Below are positions 50,831 through 63,901 of a DNA stretch of 64,000 nt, piece after piece (position 1 is the first letter of the stretch; each line of letters starts with the position of its first letter). The position numbers and the translations under genes were made by a program. The notes under the pieces are model-generated. The model was not told where the DNA came from. It did no database searches and was given only the letters and a program-made list of their open reading frames with translations. The DNA is from Negaprion brevirostris (lineage: Eukaryota): positions 106,789,231 to 106,853,230 of the forward strand of contig JARDVH010000073.1 of NCBI GenBank assembly GCA_030324005.1. The letters are read 5' to 3'.

Positions 50831-51439
50831 TATGGGCATTGCTGCCAAGGCCATGAAAAACTGACAAATCAAGTTCTAGAGATTAACAACTCCAATACGT
50901 TAAATGTCTGAACTTTTTAGCAGATTTGTATATTAATAATGGCAAGTGTCACTGTCAAGTCATTTTTCCAGCAAACAATTTCCAAGTACATCTGTGGATG
51001 TATTCAAATCACCACAGATTACCTCTTAAAATACAGTATTAAAATCAGACCCAAAGCAGATCACCTTTGGATAACCAAGATGGTAAGAAAATTCAAGTTG
51101 CCCTGTGTGCTTGCATATTTAAGAAAAAATAGCTTGGCACTTCTAATAACCAGGATAAGTCAACTATTCATATTTTAATTTTTTGAGTGTGCACATTTCA
51201 AAGATCAACAAATTCAGATTAAACAGACATGACTTACACGGATTAGCAAACAAATTAAAATGAAATAAAACAACATTAATTGCATGTACACAATAGCAAG
51301 ACCTGCAGAAACATCTTGAGGGAAAAAGAGACCTGGAGAAAGTTCAGTTGCTCAAGCTAAAAACATTCATCTTGTTTCTACAAGATGAGCAGACCATTCA
51401 CACCAACTTATCTATACCAGTGTTACTCTCTACATAGGA

Positions 51440-52850
51440 TTCGAGCTGTAAGTCAGGAGGTGGAGGGGAAGAGAGGAAATGTAAGGTCAAGTTACAGTCA
51501 CTCGGGAAGTGGTACTGAGCAAACTGGTAGAGCTGCGGGCTGACAAGTCTCCAGGTCCAGACAGACTTCATCCCAGGATCTTAAAAAGGGGTGGCTAATG
51601 AGCTAGCAGATACATTGTTAAATTTTCCAAAATTTCCTCAATTCTGGAAAGATTCCATCAGACTGGAAATAGCAAATATAATCCTTCTATTTGAAAACGA
51701 AGGAGGCAGAAAACAGGAGATATGCTAGTTAGCCTGATGGCTGTTGTGGAAAAGGGGTTAGTATTGATCATGAGATTATAGCTGGGCACTTGAAAGTAAT
51801 CAGGAAGATTCAGCATGGTTTTGAGAAAGGGAAATCATTTTTGACCAATTTAAAATTCATTGAAGGAATAACATGCTGTGTATGAAAGAGATCATGTAGA
51901 CGTGCTGTACTCAAATTTTCAGAAGGCATTTGATAAGCTGTCACTTCAAAAGGTTATGATGGAAAATAAAAGCTTCTGATGTAGGGGTAACATATTAGCA
52001 TGGATAGAAGATTGACTGGCTGACAAAACAGTACACATAAATGGGTATTTTTGACAAGATGTGATGAGTAGAGTCCTGCAGGGACCTAAGCTTTTTACAA
52101 TTTACACCAATAACAGACGAGGAAAAATGAAGATATGGTCGCTAAATCTGAGGATGGCACAAAAGATATGTAAGAAAGTATTGTGAGAAGCCATGACTTT
52201 AAAAAGGTAAGTTGATAGATGGATTGAACAAAAATCTGGAGCATAATGTGGGAAAATATGAAGTTGCATGCTTTGACAAGAATAAAGGCAGATTATTACT
52301 TAAATGGAGAATGACTGCAGAATTCTGAGGGTTCTAGGTGTTTCAGGGCACCAATCACAAAAGGTTGGCATGCACGGACAGCACAAAATCATGGTGGCTA
52401 ATGGAATGCTTTCCTTTATTATGAAAGGAACTGAACATAGAAGCAAGGATGTTAGGCTTCAGTTCCACAGGGCATTGGTGAGACCACATCTCAAATACCG
52501 TGTGCAGTTATGGTCTCCTTGTTTAACTAAGGATATAAATGCATTGGAGGTGGTTCAGAGGAGATTTTCTAGATTAGTACCTGAAATGAATGAGTTGTCT
52601 TTGGGAGGATAGGCTGGGCTTATTTTGTTAAGAGTAAAGGTGGACTTGATTGAAGGATACAAAATCCTCAATAATCTTGACGGTGGAAGTGAAATGGATA
52701 TTTCTGCAAGGATGTGTCCAAAGCAGAGGGGACACTTTTAATATTAGGGGTCACCCTCAAAGAGTAGATCTATATATTTCCTGAGGGCTGCACGACTTTA
52801 GAACACTGCCTTAGAAGGCAGTGGAAGTGGGCAATAGATAGTTTCCTGTT
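51440..52850 (+). mobile_element. Decayed CR1 LINE reverse-transcriptase region
   Basis: ADKSPGPDRLHPRIL; NFQKAFDK; ANGMLSFI..LVRPHLKYRVQLWSP..LEVVQRRF. Confidence 0.9.
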
Positions 52851-53330
52851 GTCAAACAATGTCTGCTCCCATTCCACACGTTGGACTGTCAATTATGCTT
52901 TGACTTATTCCTGGAGGAATTGTCAAAGGGGTATGGAGAACTGAAGTCAGGAAGTTATGCTGAACCTTTATAAAGCTCTGGTTCCAACTAAATACTGCAT
53001 TTAGTTCTGCTCACTGCACTTCAGGAAGGATGAGGGCCCTTGAGCAGGAGATTTAAGTAAAACAAAAGACTTAGGAATACAGCCATGAAGGGTTAGTCAG
53101 GAAAAAATATAGGCAATGAGAGAAACAGTTGAAACATTAATTATTTTGTTCTTGCATTTAGCAGCAAGTGGGCATGACAACATGGAAATGTTGATATAAC
53201 CACATTTAAAATAATAATGGGGAGAATTTTACATAATCCAATCAGACACCAAAGATTAAATCTGTTGCATAGAGTGTATCCACACATTTGAAAAGAATCC
53301 AGTGAAGTGATAGAGGCCTTGTTGCATATG

Positions 53331-53960
53331 CCTGCATGGGTTTCTTCCCACAGTCCAAAGATGTGTAGGTTAGGTGGCTTAGCCATTGTAAATGTGCAGG
53401 GTTATGGGGAGAAGGCAGAGGGGCAAGTGTGGGTAGGATGCTCAAAGTCAGTGTAGACTCAATGGGCTGGGTGGCTTCCTCCTACACTAAGGGATTCTAC
53501 AAGCTTAATAATTTGTTAGAAAAAGGGTGTAATGCCAGATTTAAAAAAAAAGGTGGATAGCTAATAATATACAGAAAGCCAGATAGAACATGTTCAGGGA
53601 ATGATGTACCAATCATATCAGCAGCAGGAAAAATAAAGGAATCCCCATTGAAGGGGAACAGGAAATCATCCATTAAAACAATAATCAATAGTCAAATGTT
53701 ATTGAAATAACGTACTGCTTGACCTGCCTCAGAATTATTTGAAGAGGGAACAAAGACTAGATAAGGGGAACGTAAATAGAATACATCTAGGGAATCAAAT
53801 GACCTTGCTAAAGGTACCACATAGATTAAAGAAAAAGAGCATGCAGGAGTTAGGGGACAGAATGGGAGTTGGCTTGCTGAAAGATAGAAAGCAAGAGTAG
53901 GGCTGAGGGGTAGATAATCAGAATGACAGATAGAAAGCACAGTCCCACAAGAGCCACTGT
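53331..53960 (+). mobile_element. Partial HE1 SINE followed by old CR1 fragment
   Basis: cccacagtccaaagatgtgtaggttaggtgg core; gggagttggcttgctgaaagatagaaagcaagagtaggg RT-region remnant. Confidence 0.7.
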
Positions 53961-54505
53961 GGCTTAATGTATAGTAACAGCTTAAAGCCTGGAATCAAAA
54001 GTACAATTTCTTTGGGTGGAATCTTCCCGATTTTCTGGTCCCACTTCTGTGCCAAATTCTCCACCCATGCTTGCAGCAGTAGCAGGGCATGAACAGCCAT
54101 TAAAATTGTGCCACTGTGCTGCCCAATGGTTNNNNNNNNNNNNNNNNNNNNNNNNNNNNNNNNNNNNNNNNNNNNNNNNNNNNNNNNNNNNNNNNNNNNN
54201 NNNNNNNNNNNNNNNNNNNNNNNNNNNNNNNNNNNNNNNNNNNNNNNNNNNNNNNNNNNNNNNNNNNNNNNNNNNNNNNNNNNNNNNNNNNNNNNNNNNN
54301 NNNNNNNNNNNNNNNNNNNNNNNNNNNNNNNNNNNNNNNNNNNNNNNNNNNNNNNNNNNNNNNNNNNNNNNNNNNNNNNNNNNNNNNNNNNNNNNNNNNN
54401 NNNNNNNNNNNNNNNNNNNNNNNNNNNNNNNNNNNNNNNNNNNNNNNNNNNNNNNNNNNNNNNNNNNNNNNNNNNNNNNNNNNNNNNNNNNNNNNNNNNN
54501 NNNNN

Positions 54506-54602
54506 CACACACACCGACACCCAGACACACAGACCCACAGACACACACAGACACACAGACACACAGACACACAGACACACAGACACACAGACACACAGAC
54601 AC
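54506..54602 (+). repeat. (ACACACAG)n octamer tandem repeat next to an N run
   Basis: Directly visible; source of the spurious THRH/CVCV ORFs. Confidence 0.95.
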
Positions 54603-55452
54603 GATTTTCATGGAAAAGTACTAGAATGACAAGGTTACACCTGGCAGAATAGGATCAAGACCCATGACTATTTTCATTGGGAGAGACAGAAGGTCAAGGG
54701 GTGCCGTAAAATTACAAGCGGTTTTGATAGCACAGGAAAAAACAGAATGTTTCCATTTGTGGGAAGAGTAAACTTAGGAGCCATTACAGTCATCAAGAAA
54801 TCAAATCACTAATTTCAGAAGCCTCTTTACCGGAGTGGTGAGTGTGTGGAACTCCAGATAAGGAAAGCTGGATAAGAGTTCAAGGGGGAAAAACAATAGA
54901 GGGTTATGGCAATGGAGATAGATGACAAAAGATGGGAGGCCACTCAAATGGAGTTTAAATGGACTGGTTAGTCCAAATGGCCTGTTGAGTGTGTAAGCCT
55001 TCGATGAATCTATATTCTACACATTCCCTAGATAGAGTACAGTTATCCATTTTCTATAGACCAAAGTATTTTGTTTTTCCAGTTTTGCTCTCCAAAATGA
55101 GCAGAAACTTCATCCAAATGCATTTCCAATTTGGCAAACCACTTTTATAGTATATGGAATTCCTGATCCAATCTACTACAACCTAGATCCAGTTTTCATT
55201 GTCTTGCAGACTAATGATATTTTAATGCCAATCTTCTGCAGAAGAAAACAACAAATTCAAAAATGAAAAAGCACAGTTTAAAAGGGAATAGCCTGGAAGT
55301 GGTTCAAGGTTTGTTTTAATGGCTACAATAATGATAAAGGAGACATCATGTAATTTGCAAACTCCAACAGCTAATCAAAATTATTTCCCAGCAATCTGTA
55401 TTACCTTCATTTTAATACTTAAAAAGGGATAAGAATACACAGAGTTCCTTAC

Positions 55453-55613
55453 CCCATAATGCCATAAAGATTGAATAGAAAACTGTCGCCGGATTGTCAA
55501 ACAAGTGGCTTGCTCGGGCTGTGGCACAGGTTGTGCTGAGTTTCCAGTAACTGCATGTTTTGTCACATAGTGGGCACATTGTGATATTATTCCGCTCGTC
55601 ACACATCTCCATG
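55453..55613 (-). CDS. ANO1: Anoctamin exon (161 nt): (S)[53 protein letters not shown]
   Basis: ctaacag|CATG acceptor, TGGG|gtaagg donor; matches ORF 55412..55612; extracellular Cys-rich loop into TM2. Confidence 0.97.
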
Positions 55614-56739
55614 CTGTTAGAGAGAGAAGGGAAAGAAAAAGGATATCTTGTTTAAGTTCATTCAGAAAATAGATTGCTTAGCTCTGAAGTGCAGTCATCA
55701 TGAAAAGGCCTAAAGGACATGGCAGCATCGGATTGCCACTCTGTATCCTGTGCGAATGCCTGTCTTATCTGACCTTCTTGACATAGCCCAGGTGAGATTT
55801 AGGCAGTACAGCAGATCCCTGGCTTCAACGTCAAAGTCCAAGAGGAGGAGAGGAGGAGGACAAGCCCCCATTTTTAGGGGAGTAGGGGAGTTTAAAGGTC
55901 CCACTTAAAATAATGTCAGGGAGAAAGGTAAGTATCTAGGTGGAAGGTGCTGGGTTCAGGTTGGACTGAGTCAGCTCCAGCTAGATTAGTGTGGGGGAGG
56001 GAGTTCACGCCAGGTCACCGGAGGGATGGGGGAATACTGTGGGGGAGGAAGGGGTGTGACCCCACGCAGGGATGGGTCTCAGGTGTTTAAAATATAGTTA
56101 TGCTGAAGTCAGAAGAGCTTTTATTTGTACTAACACTTTCAGAGTAATTATCAATCTTTCACTGGCAGAACCAAAAAAACTGGCAATTTAAAATAACTTT
56201 GTTGGATGGTTCCCAGCACAGCTGTCCAGGGGAAGTTGCTGCTTCCTTAGGGATGTCCCTCAAATCCAATGCTGGGCAGCCAGGAAGTTACAGGCCAAGG
56301 AGATAAACATTGTTGGATCCTTTCTTAGCAATAGGCCAATTTGATTTGGTTCCCCAGAGCCTAATGCTGATAATTAGCTGGTGGAACGTGCCAGAGGATC
56401 CAATTCATTTTTCAGACTGAACCCCAGTTGCATTACAGCTTCCCAATGCTAGTTTAAATCTAGATTACCCAATTATCCTGAGGAACAACACAACGTGGGT
56501 TTCTGGAAAGTTTTCGGGCAGCATGGCTTGCGATCTGCGGAGGAGTGGTAACTGGGATTGGTCCCAGCAGAATTTGTAGAGGCAGAGAAATCTGGCCCTT
56601 CCAAGCCAATGAAACCAAAGAGGGTCTTTGTCAGCCTCAGTGGAAGGAACCCTGTGAAGTATCTCCCAAGCAGTTCAGTCTCAAAACAGCCATCAAGATG
56701 CTATTATCTGACTCTAAATTCCATTTCAAATTGGCCTCT

Positions 56740-58175
56740 TGGGTAGCATGGTGGCACAGTGGTTACATTGCTGCCTCAGGGCCAGGGAGCCAGGTTCGAT
56801 TTCAGCCTTCGTCACCGTGTGTGGGTTTTCTTTGGTGCTCCAGTTTCTGACAGGGTCACCTTTTAGCATAGCCAAAGGGTTGGGGGATTAGTAGGATAAA
56901 AAAAAAGTGTGGGATTCCAGGAATATGGCCTGGGTGGGATTGTGGTTGGTACAGGCTCAAATGGGCTGAATGGCATCCTTCTGTACTATCCTATACAGAT
57001 GACTAACCTAGCCCACATGTGCTCCCTAGTGACGTCACTATTATCCACAATATTTGGGGAACTACCTCAGCCTCATTATTAGTAATAAATAAGCTTCTTA
57101 CCTGAAATACTACTATCAGTTAGACTCTACATTAACACTTCAATGAAGTTTGTGAAAAATCCCCTAGTCACCACATTCAGGACAGCGGTTAGCATTGTTG
57201 CCTCACAGCACCAAGGACCTGGGTTCAATTTCTAGCTGGGTCACTGTCTACATGAGTTTGCACATTCTCCGTGTCTGCATGGGTTTTCTCCAGGTGCTCC
57301 AGTTTCCTACCACAGTCCAAAAGATGATAGTCAGGTGGATTGGCCATGATTGTCCATTAGTGTCAGGTGGATTAGTAGGGTAAATGTGGGGTTATGGGAA
57401 TAAGGCCTGGTTGGGATCATTGGTGCAGAATTGATGGGCCAAATGGCCTCCTGCACTATAGGATTCTATCATTCTATGACCTCATCAAGGAGGAAATAGC
57501 AAGGCATCTTGAGGGGAATTGCTTGATAGAGCAGACGCAGCACGGTTTCGTTAAGGGGNNNNNNNNNNNNNNNNNNNNNNNNNNNNNNNNNNNNNNNNNN
57601 NNNNNNNNNNNNNNNNNNNNNNNTGCAGTGTTAACCACAGCCACCTTGCTGCCCCTCAACCTGTCCTTTCAAGATTTTCCCCATTTGAGGTAGTTTGGTA
57701 ATTTATTGCCACTTTTTCAAAGCAATGGGCTGGTTTCTGTCATAAATCCATGTGTGAATGAACTGGGCTAAAATGACCCAGGGTTGTTGTAAATACGATT
57801 ATGGAAATTGGTAGCTAAGAGGAAATCTGAGCATAAGCCTGGGGTAGGATCAAATACACTTTCATGTATTAACTCACTGTCACACCCCAATTCCACAAGG
57901 ATTTACAAACAAAAAAGTGCACGTAAAACAACTTGCTTCTCAAAGTCTGGTTTGCACTGCTGCTTCATAGCACCACAATTCCCAGCTTGGGTCACTGTGT
58001 GGAGTTTGCACATTCTCCCCATGTCTGCGTGGGTTTCCTCCCACATTCTGAAAGACGTGCTGGTTAGGTGCATTGACCCAGACAGCAGTAACTAGGGGAA
58101 TTTCACAGTAAACTTTGCTGCTGGTGTTAATGTAAGCCTTACTTGTGACTAATAAACAAACTTTACTTACTTTAC
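56740..58175 (+). mobile_element. Cluster of V-SINEs: HE1-type 56740-56995 and 57183-57478; tail-B type 57945-58175
   Basis: Repeated head and core; tails ggattctatcattctatg versus gccttacttgtgactaataaacaaactttacttacttt. Confidence 0.85.
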
Positions 58176-58254
58176 TAAGCCAGAAGCAATGAGGAAAACC
58201 AGCTACAGACTTTGTATTGGACTGGATTTACACTGCTTTCTAAACCCTATTTTT

Positions 58255-58740
58255 AAAAAAAAAATCGGTCACAAAACATAGGAGTTGCTGGCTAGGCCAA
58301 CATTTTTATTGCCCAGCTAAATTGTCCTTGAGAAGATGGGAAATTGTTTTCTTGAACCACTGCAGTCCAGGTGGTGTAGATGCATTTTCAGTACTGTTTG
58401 GGACAGAGTACTCGGATTTTGACCCAGCAACAGTAAAAGGAATGACTGATATATTTCCAAGTCAGGGTGGCAAGTGGTTTGGAGGGGAACTTCCAGGTGG
58501 TGGCATTCCATGCATTTGTTGTCCTTAAGTGGTAGAGGTCCATGTTTGGGAGGTGATGTCCAAGGAGCCTTGGTGGGTTACTGTGATGCATCTTATTGAT
58601 GTCACACACTTGTCAGTGATGGAGGTGGTGGATGGAGTGCCAATCATGGAGGCAGCTTTTACCTGGATGGTGTCAAGCTTGTGTTGCTGGAGCTGTATCC
58701 ATTTCGGGCAAGTGGTGAATATTTCATCACACTCCTGATG
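58255..58740 (-). mobile_element. LINE 3' fragment (partner of family A SINE)
   Basis: HKLDTIQVKAASMIGT in ORF 58525..58788; tail reverse-complement ctcaaggacaatttagctgggcaataaaaatgttggcctagccagc. Confidence 0.8.
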
Positions 58741-59221
58741 GGAAGTCTTTTTCCAGGAGTCCCCTGGTTTTAAAATCCATTTCATCATCTAAGATGAGCA
58801 TCATATAGAATCACAAAAAGATACAGAATAATCTAACAGAGTAAATACATGGGGTTCAGGCCTGGGTGGGATTGTTGTTGGTGCAGGCGTGATGGGCCAA
58901 ATGGCCGCCTTCAGCATTGTAGGGATTCTATTCCAACTTTAGTATATCACAAGCTACAAACAGGTCACAATTAGCTGTTTTAATAGCACAGTACTCTTCA
59001 GGAAGATTTCCNNNNNNNNNNNNNNNNNNNNNNNNNNNNNNNNNNNNNNNNNNNNNNNNNNNNNNNNNNNNNNNNNNNNNNNNNNNNNNNNNNNNNNNNN
59101 NNNNNNNNNNNTTCCAAACAAAATCATTTAAATTTGTAAAGTTGCAAGCTCCCAGCCAGATACAAATGAAAAGGACATGTAGCATAATAAACAATTCATA
59201 AATAAATAGTTCTAACTTTAC

Positions 59222-59356
59222 CTGGGAATATTCTGATCGACAGTTGCACAGCCATACAGGAACACTATGATCCCAACCATGGATGCTGGAATCAGTAGTT
59301 GTGTGTAGACTCCAAGCCAGGCAAAATAGAAGGCAATCTTCTCACCAAAGTACTTC
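59222..59356 (-). CDS. ANO1: Anoctamin exon (135 nt, TM1): (R)[44 protein letters not shown](S)
   Basis: tttttcag|GAAGTAC acceptor, CCCAG|gtaaag donor; phase 2 to phase 2. Confidence 0.97.
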
Positions 59357-59927
59357 CTGAAAAACAGTTTCAACATTTTAGGTATTTCCAAATGAAATCA
59401 AAATAAGATTTCATCCTCAAAATAAGAAACTCACATTGAACTTGCATTCAAATCTGTTGAACCACATTTTCTCTTCTCTCCAATTTTCACTCAATTTTTC
59501 ACAATTGCTTTCGTATAGCTCATTGGGAAAGGGTGAATCATGGATGTTGACACCTCATTTTCATTAAGCGTTTCACTGCCATTTGCTAGAATTCATCTGA
59601 CCAGTGATCAAAAGCTTTATCAAGCTACGCCTCATCAATTGATTCTTGAGCAGTTCCCTCTTCTTCCTGGATTGTTCAAATGCCCAACTTTGTGTCTCTC
59701 ATGCTACAGTTGTATGTTTTGTTGGGACAAGTCTCTTGCANNNNNNNNNNAATGAGGGAAGCAGCACTCTACATCCCCTTATCTAACCACTCAATGTCAC
59801 ATGTGAATTCCAAAATGGTGATTTCTTGACAAAACTGTGTCCTATTCATTTGAGAAATATTGACAGCCCAGACTCCCAACACTATGGTATCTGCTGGTCT
59901 CAATGCCCTCTCCACTAGAATACAAAA

Positions 59928-60237
59928 ACCCTGCAATACAAGAGGCCATTCAGCCTATCCAGTCTGCACCAACAACAATTCCATCCAGGCCCTATCCCCA
60001 AAACTCCACTATTTACACCCCAATCCCTCTAATCTACACATTCTGGGACACTAAGGGCCAATTTAGCATGGCCAGTGCACCCAACCTGCACTGGACTGTA
60101 GGAGGAAACCAGAACACCTGGAGGGAACACACACAGAGAACATACAAACTCCATACAAAGTGACCCAAGCCAGGAATCAAACCCAGGTCCCTGGAGCTGT
60201 GGGGCAGCAGTACGAACCACTGTGCCACCTTGCCACC
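59928..60237 (-). mobile_element. HE1-type V-SINE
   Basis: Reverse head ccctggagctgtggggcagcagtacgaaccactgtgccacc; core; gaggccattcagccta tail. Confidence 0.88.
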
Positions 60238-60240
60238 CCC

Positions 60241-60480
60241 TAATGGAGACTCAAAGCAGACTGGGTGACCACATTGCAGAACACTGTTCTGTCTGCAAGC
60301 ATAGCCCTGAACTGCTGTCATTTGCTATTTCAACTCACCAATTTGCTCTCATGCCCATATATCTGACCTTGGCTTGTTCTAGTGTTCCAGTGGAACCCAA
60401 CGCAAATTGGAGGAACAGTATCTCATCTTCCAATTCGGCACACTTCTGGACTTAACATCGAGTTGAACAATTTTAAGATA
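60241..60480 (+). mobile_element. Penelope-like element GIY-YIG endonuclease remnant
   Basis: GET.SRLGDHIAEH, then QRKLEEQYLIFQFGT and GLNIELNNF with frameshifts; weaker copy at ~42395-42540. Confidence 0.75.
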
Positions 60481-60959
60481 TGACCTTTCTTACCACCCCC
60501 TCCCCCACACACTTTGGAACAAAAAGTGTGTAGGATGTAAGGCAATCTCTCCTAGTTTCCACCTATAAGGCCTTCTTTGCTCTGCCTAATCTAACCCCTA
60601 TATAAAATCCATCATATTACTCCCTCTCTAGCTCAGATATATAGATGCAAACATTTCAGAATTTGGATTCTTAATATTGTGGAGTACTGAAGAGAGTGGC
60701 CTTTCAAATAAAGATTATTCAAGGAAAAATAAAAATCAAAATTTCCTCACTTCAAATATTACTGCCCCTCCAAATGGCACCATGAATTTGTTAAGAATCT
60801 CCTGGGTTACCACATCAAACATGCAGGTAGAGCATGCAATTAGCAATGTAAAATGATACATTAATCTTTGTTGCGAGTGTAAGGGAGTCTTGCTGCAATT
60901 GCAACCAGGTTTTAGCAAGATAGTACTTAGGATTGTTGGAAACAATATACTTAGAGGGG

Positions 60960-62585
60960 ATACAACAAATGTTCACGCGATTGATCCTGGTTTGATGAGA
61001 GATTGAGTGGATTGGGTCTAAAACCTCCAGAATTAAGAAAAATGGAAGATGATTTTGTTGAAAGATGACAAACCCTCAGATCTGTCAGGATAAATACAAG
61101 ATTGTTTCTCTTGGCTGGAGAGACTTGAACTAGTGTCATGATCTTGGGTGACTGGCCCTTTAGGACTGAGAAGGAACAATTCCTTCATGCTGAGTGCTGT
61201 GAAATTGGGGAATTCTTTACCCTAGCATGCTCAGTACATTCAAGACAGATAGAGGGGTTTTGGTCATTAAAGGGGAGAGGGGGAATAATGGGGGAAATGA
61301 CATTGAAATAGATAATTAGCCATAATCTTATTGAGCAGGCTCAGACATACTCCTGCTTCTATCTTCTTATGTTCTGGTGTAGGTGACACAGTAAAGTGTA
61401 GATGGATGCAGAAAGTTTCAAAAGGAACAACAATAGATTAANNNNNNNNNNNNNNNNNNNNNNNNNNAGCTTGGAAAGTGTTAGATCATCGACTTTGGAC
61501 CCACGGGAGATAGATCAGCTCATCTAAGTGGAGAGAAGCTATAGGAACTGTGGATGAGGGGGAGAGGATTTAGTAATCCAAGAACAGAAATTAGTAAAAG
61601 ATGGTGGCCAGGTGCAGCAATTTAAGTAGTCTACTGGAATACTGGATTTTCTCTCAAGGGGCTGGAAGTTATGTTGTAGCTGTACAGGTCTCTGGTTGAA
61701 CTCCATTTGGAGTACTACAGTCAGTTCTGGATACCAAACTCAAGGAAGAATTTAAAATCGGTCTAGGACACAGCAGCGTAGATTCAGCATGAATACAACA
61801 AGTTAAAATACCAGGACAGGTTTAATAGTCTCAGCTCAAAATTAGATTAAAAAAGGTATAGGGAGGCAATGGTCTAGTGATACTGTCACTAGATTATTAA
61901 TTCAGAAAGTCAACTAACATTCTGGGGGCCCAGGTTCAAATCCCACCACAGCAAATGGTGAAATCTGAGTTCAATAAAATATACCTGGAATTAAGAGTAT
62001 TAATGACCATGAAACCATTGTCGATTGTTGGAAAAAAAACCATCTGGTTCACTACTACTCAAGGAAGGAAATCTGCCATCTTTACCTGGTCTGACCTACG
62101 TATAATTCCAGAGCCATAGCAATGTGATTGACCCTCAACTGTCTTCTGAAATGGCCTAGCAAGCCACTCATTTCAAGGACAATCAAGGATGAGCAATAAA
62201 TGCTAGCCCAGCCAGCAACAACCATGTCCCATGAATTTAATTAAAAAGTGTTTAAGATGATCAAAGCAATTGATGTGAGGGACAGTGATTTCTCTGGTGG
62301 AAGAACCCAGAACAAGGGAGCATTGCTTAAAATTAGAGCCAAGATATTCACTGGTAACATCAGCCATTACTTTTACACAAAATGCTGGAGGAAATCTTGA
62401 ACACGTTCCCCAAGAAAAACTACTTGAGGGTAGGTCAAATCAAAATTTTGAAAAGGCAACCAACCAACTTCATTAGATGAGGGAATTAAGGTTCATGGAA
62501 CCAAGGTAACAGGATGGAATTAAGATACAGATTACTTATTGTCTAATTCAATGGCAAAACAGACTGAATAACTTGCTGTCTTGTG
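60960..62585 (+). mobile_element. Old CR1 fragments with nested family A SINE (61861-62245)
   Basis: ccatttggagtactacagtcagttctgg (HLEY..QFW); family A copy closely similar to 867-1262. Confidence 0.8.
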
Positions 62586-63164
62586 TTGAAATTTACAGAG
62601 TTTCATTGAGTGGTTGAGAGACTAGATTATTTTTAATTGTTAAATTTTAAATCCATCCAAGCTGTTGCAGTAGCTTTAAAACAAGTTGCTCTGGTGGTCT
62701 AGGAAGACTCACCCTGGTGACTCCTTGCATGTTATTTTCTCTTTCCCATGCTTTGGATTCAAACACTAAAGCTGAACTCTCAACTTTCAGTGCACAAGCC
62801 TACTAAATTGATTCCAGCTCTCTGTAAAAGCAGAGGAAACTGCAGAGCATGATTTACTTTCACAGTGGATAACAAAAGGCCAAGGGCAACACAGGGTCTC
62901 AGATTGAGGCTCACTGTACATCCCTTCAAGTCTTGTTGGGGAAATGACAAGTAGCAGAGGTGTGGGGAAGAGGTGGTAGGCTAATCTAGGTGCTGGCAAC
63001 TTTAGTGAATGACAGAGAAGCTACTTCTACAAAGTACTGACAATTATGAAGTAGGGAATGGAGATCAGCATTTCCATTTCACTGTGAATATGGAGTCAAT
63101 GAAAGCACTCAAAAAAGGAGATGGACAGATATTTAAAAGTTGGGGCAGCGTGGGTAGGATGTAA

Positions 63165-63422
63165 AGTTTATTTATTACTGCAATGAAGTTACTGTGAAAA
63201 TCCCTTAGTCGCCACATTTTGGTCCCCTGTTTAGGTACACAGAGAATTTAGCAGGGTTAATACACCTAGCCAGCACGTCCTCCAGATTGTGGGAGGACAC
63301 CAGAGCACCTGGAAGAAACCAGCAGACGTGGGAAGAATGTGCAGACTCCGTACAGGCAGTGACCCAAGCAGGGAATTGAACCTGGGTCCCTGGTACTGAG
63401 GCAGCTGTGCTAACCACTGTCA
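63165..63422 (-). mobile_element. Tail-B V-SINE
   Basis: aaagtttatttattactgcaatgaagttactgtgaaaatcccttagtcgccaca tail; reverse head gaggcagctgtgctaaccactgt. Confidence 0.88.
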
Positions 63423-63775
63423 GTAGATTGGCTGAATGGCCTTTTAACATGCTTGGATCTGAATATTTATGCAGACATTCATTACTTGCTTTCATGAGCA
63501 GTAATTATGAACTTAAGACTATAGCAAGTTTCTTTCCCTCCACAGGTCACATCTTGATTGCTGAATAATTTGGAAAAGGTGAAACAGAAAAAGTACTTTG
63601 AACATGGTGGACTGATTTTACAATGTACATCATAAAGTTACGCAAAAATGGAGATAGCAATCAGAATACTTGTCTAAATTTTTAACTACATACAAAACTG
63701 ATTGTGCATTGCAACTCCTGAATGAATACTTTTAAAAGATAACTCAACAAAATTGGACAAATAAACTATCTTGTT

Positions 63776-63901
63776 TGAAACCAAAAGAAAAAATGCTGGA
63801 AAGTCTCAGCAGGTCTGGCAGCATCTGTAAAGGAGAGAAGAGAGCTGATGTTGTAAGAACAGATGACCCTTTTCCAGCATCCACAGTAATTTGCTTTCAT
63901 C
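63776..63901. mobile_element. Penelope-like terminal repeat fragment in inverted arrangement
   Basis: aaatgctggaaa..ctcagcaggtctggcagcatctg followed by tttccagcatccacagtaatttgcttt (inverted copy of the same terminus). Confidence 0.55.

Larger units (their letters stand above)
620..59356 (-). other. ANO1: Anoctamin-1-like (TMEM16A/B clade) gene body, partial; 14 coding exons, 5' and 3' ends outside window
   Basis: Exons splice into one open frame with matching phases. Diagnostic motifs: [75 protein letters not shown]1 is preferred over ANO2 because of the d-cassette exon (..AMAGVKL), NLEPFAGLTPEY and LRGIGKLAVIIN. Confidence 0.85.
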
